Origin: Candidatus Rariloculaceae bacterium
GTDB taxonomy: Bacteria > Pseudomonadota > Gammaproteobacteria > Steroidobacterales > Rariloculaceae
Reading direction: 5' to 3'
Length of the DNA: 64,000 nt
Assembly: GCA_045561055.1 (NCBI GenBank)
Contig: JBJKYL010000013.1
Span: 64,495 to 128,494, forward strand
This document shows, piece after piece, positions 62,902 to 64,000 of this stretch. The translations under genes were made by a program, and so were the position numbers. Numbering within the stretch: the stretch's first letter is position 1; every line of letters starts with the position of its first letter. The notes beneath the pieces were generated by a model. The model saw nothing but the letters and a program-made list of their open reading frames with translations. It was not told where the DNA came from and searched no databases.

Positions 62902-64000
62902 GTGAACGAAGATGTGAAAGATACAGAGGCGAAGCTGGAACAAAGTGGACTCTTGAAATCCGCCTCTGTTGTGAGCTCAATGACCCTTTTATCTCGCATG
63001 ACCGGACTTGGTCGCGACATTGGTTTCGCCCACTGGTTCGGAGCCGGAATCGTAATGGATGCTTTTTTCGTGGCATTCAAAATTCCTAATCTGTTAAGGC
63101 GATTCTTCGCTGAGGGGGCTTTTTCACAGGCATTTGTGCCTGTGATCTCGGAGTACCGAACGAGTTCATCTCGACAAGAGACTCAGGAGCTTCTGGACCG
63201 GGTGACCGGAACGCTAGGTTTTGTGCTTTTTGTTATTACCGCGCTTGGTGTTCTTTCTACGCCGGTTCTAATTGTCATTTTCGCGCCTGGGTTTTTGGGA
63301 GATGGTGGTCGCCAAGAACTTGCGAGCGACATGCTTCGTTTCACTTTTCCTTATCTATTCTTCATTTCTCTAACCGCTCTTGCGGGAGGGATTCTAAATA
63401 CCTATCGGCGTTTTGCTGTGCCTGCCTTTACTCCAGTTCTTCTAAATGTCGTATTGATCAGTTTCGCTGTTTGGGTCGCGCCGGCAATGGAGCGACCGGC
63501 AATGGGGCTCGCGTACGGGGTATTTGCAGCCGGAGTCGCGCAATTAGTTTTCCAGCTTCCGTTCCTGATTAACCTCAAGCTTCTGCCACGGCCGAAATGG
63601 GGGTGGGCGCATGCAGGCGTACGTAGAATCTTCAAGCTTATGCTGCCCGCGTTATTTGGTTCGTCCGTTGCTCAGATCAATCTGCTTTTCGACACGCTTA
63701 TCGCTTCGTTTCTCGCGGCGGGGAGTATTAGCTGGCTGTACTATTCGGATCGACTGATGGAGTTTCCGCTCGGCGTTTTTGGGATTGCTGTGGCGACAGT
63801 AATGTTGCCAAAGTTGTCCGAGCATCACGCGAAAGAATCCCCCCAGGCATTTGCTGCTTCGATGGATTGGGCGCTACGGCTAGTAGTGATGATTGCCGTA
63901 CCAGCTAGTCTCGGGCTATTGCTCTTGGCAGAACCACTACTGACAACGTTGTTCTTTGGTGGTGCCTTCAATGATATTGACGTAACAATGGCTACAGCAT
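62902..64000 (+). CDS. murJ: Lipid II flippase MurJ (MviN), N-terminal about 366 aa; runs off the right edge
   Basis: Not in the ORF track because it has no stop in the window. GTG 62902 (or ATG 62912) gives ...LLKSASVVSSMTLLSRMTGLGRDIGFAHWFGAGIVMDAFFVAFKIPNLLRRFFAEGAFSQAFVPVISEY, the MurJ signature. Divergent from rpsT, as in Pseudomonas-type genomes. Confidence 0.85.
   Translation, partial: MNEDVKDTEAKLEQSGLLKSASVVSSMTLLSRMTGLGRDIGFAHWFGAGIVMDAFFVAFKIPNLLRRFFAEGAFSQAFVPVISEYRTSSSRQETQELLDRVTGTLGFVLFVITALGVLSTPVLIVIFAPGFLGDGGRQELASDMLRFTFPYLFFISLTALAGGILNTYRRFAVPAFTPVLLNVVLISFAVWVAPAMERPAMGLAYGVFAAGVAQLVFQLPFLINLKLLPRPKWGWAHAGVRRIFKLMLPALFGSSVAQINLLFDTLIASFLAAGSISWLYYSDRLMEFPLGVFGIAVATVMLPKLSEHHAKESPQAFAASMDWALRLVVMIAVPASLGLLLLAEPLLTTLFFGGAFNDIDVTMATA

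Overview
This 64 kb window looks like a marine-type gammaproteobacterial chromosome. The right end (59.4-64 kb) is a conserved core block, ispB / rplU-rpmA-obgE / rpsT / murJ, an arrangement I associate with Pseudomonadales/Cellvibrionales-like genomes (inference). The region from a tRNA-Pro(CGG) at 1.1 kb to about 59 kb is accessory and dominated by exported proteins.

The most striking signal is a 13-gene paralogous family of unknown function, about 10.4 kb of coding sequence. It is built from two modules. The N-module is a signal peptide ending exactly at a conserved His-His, followed by an NPH motif. The C-module is bracketed by two co-varying cysteines. The modules occur fused in five genes and split in eight, and three N/C pairs are adjacent. 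That amounts to a Rosetta-stone argument within this single window.

These genes are interleaved with:
- four Cys-type sulfatases, all with CxAxR motifs, two of them frameshifted
- a multiply frameshifted TonB-dependent receptor
- two NHL beta-propellers resembling peptidyl-alpha-hydroxyglycine alpha-amidating lyase (PAL), one keeping the full catalytic residue set and one degenerate
- two MBL-fold proteins, one with its HxHxDH motif lost
- a ricin-lectin/esterase fusion, a DUF1080-like protein and a 7-repeat FG-GAP-like propeller

Other contents are a UbiD decarboxylase translationally coupled to a non-CODH molybdenum hydroxylase large subunit whose G/S/M partner genes lie 3.7 kb away behind an N/C pair. 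There is also a seven-gene metal-uptake operon containing a ligand-less second binding protein, a eukaryote-like SULT sulfotransferase, and a ribosomal protein L21 with a KKTA-repeat tail.

I saw no CRISPR array, rRNA, transposase or integrase. All domain-family names come from motif recognition by eye and need HMM confirmation.
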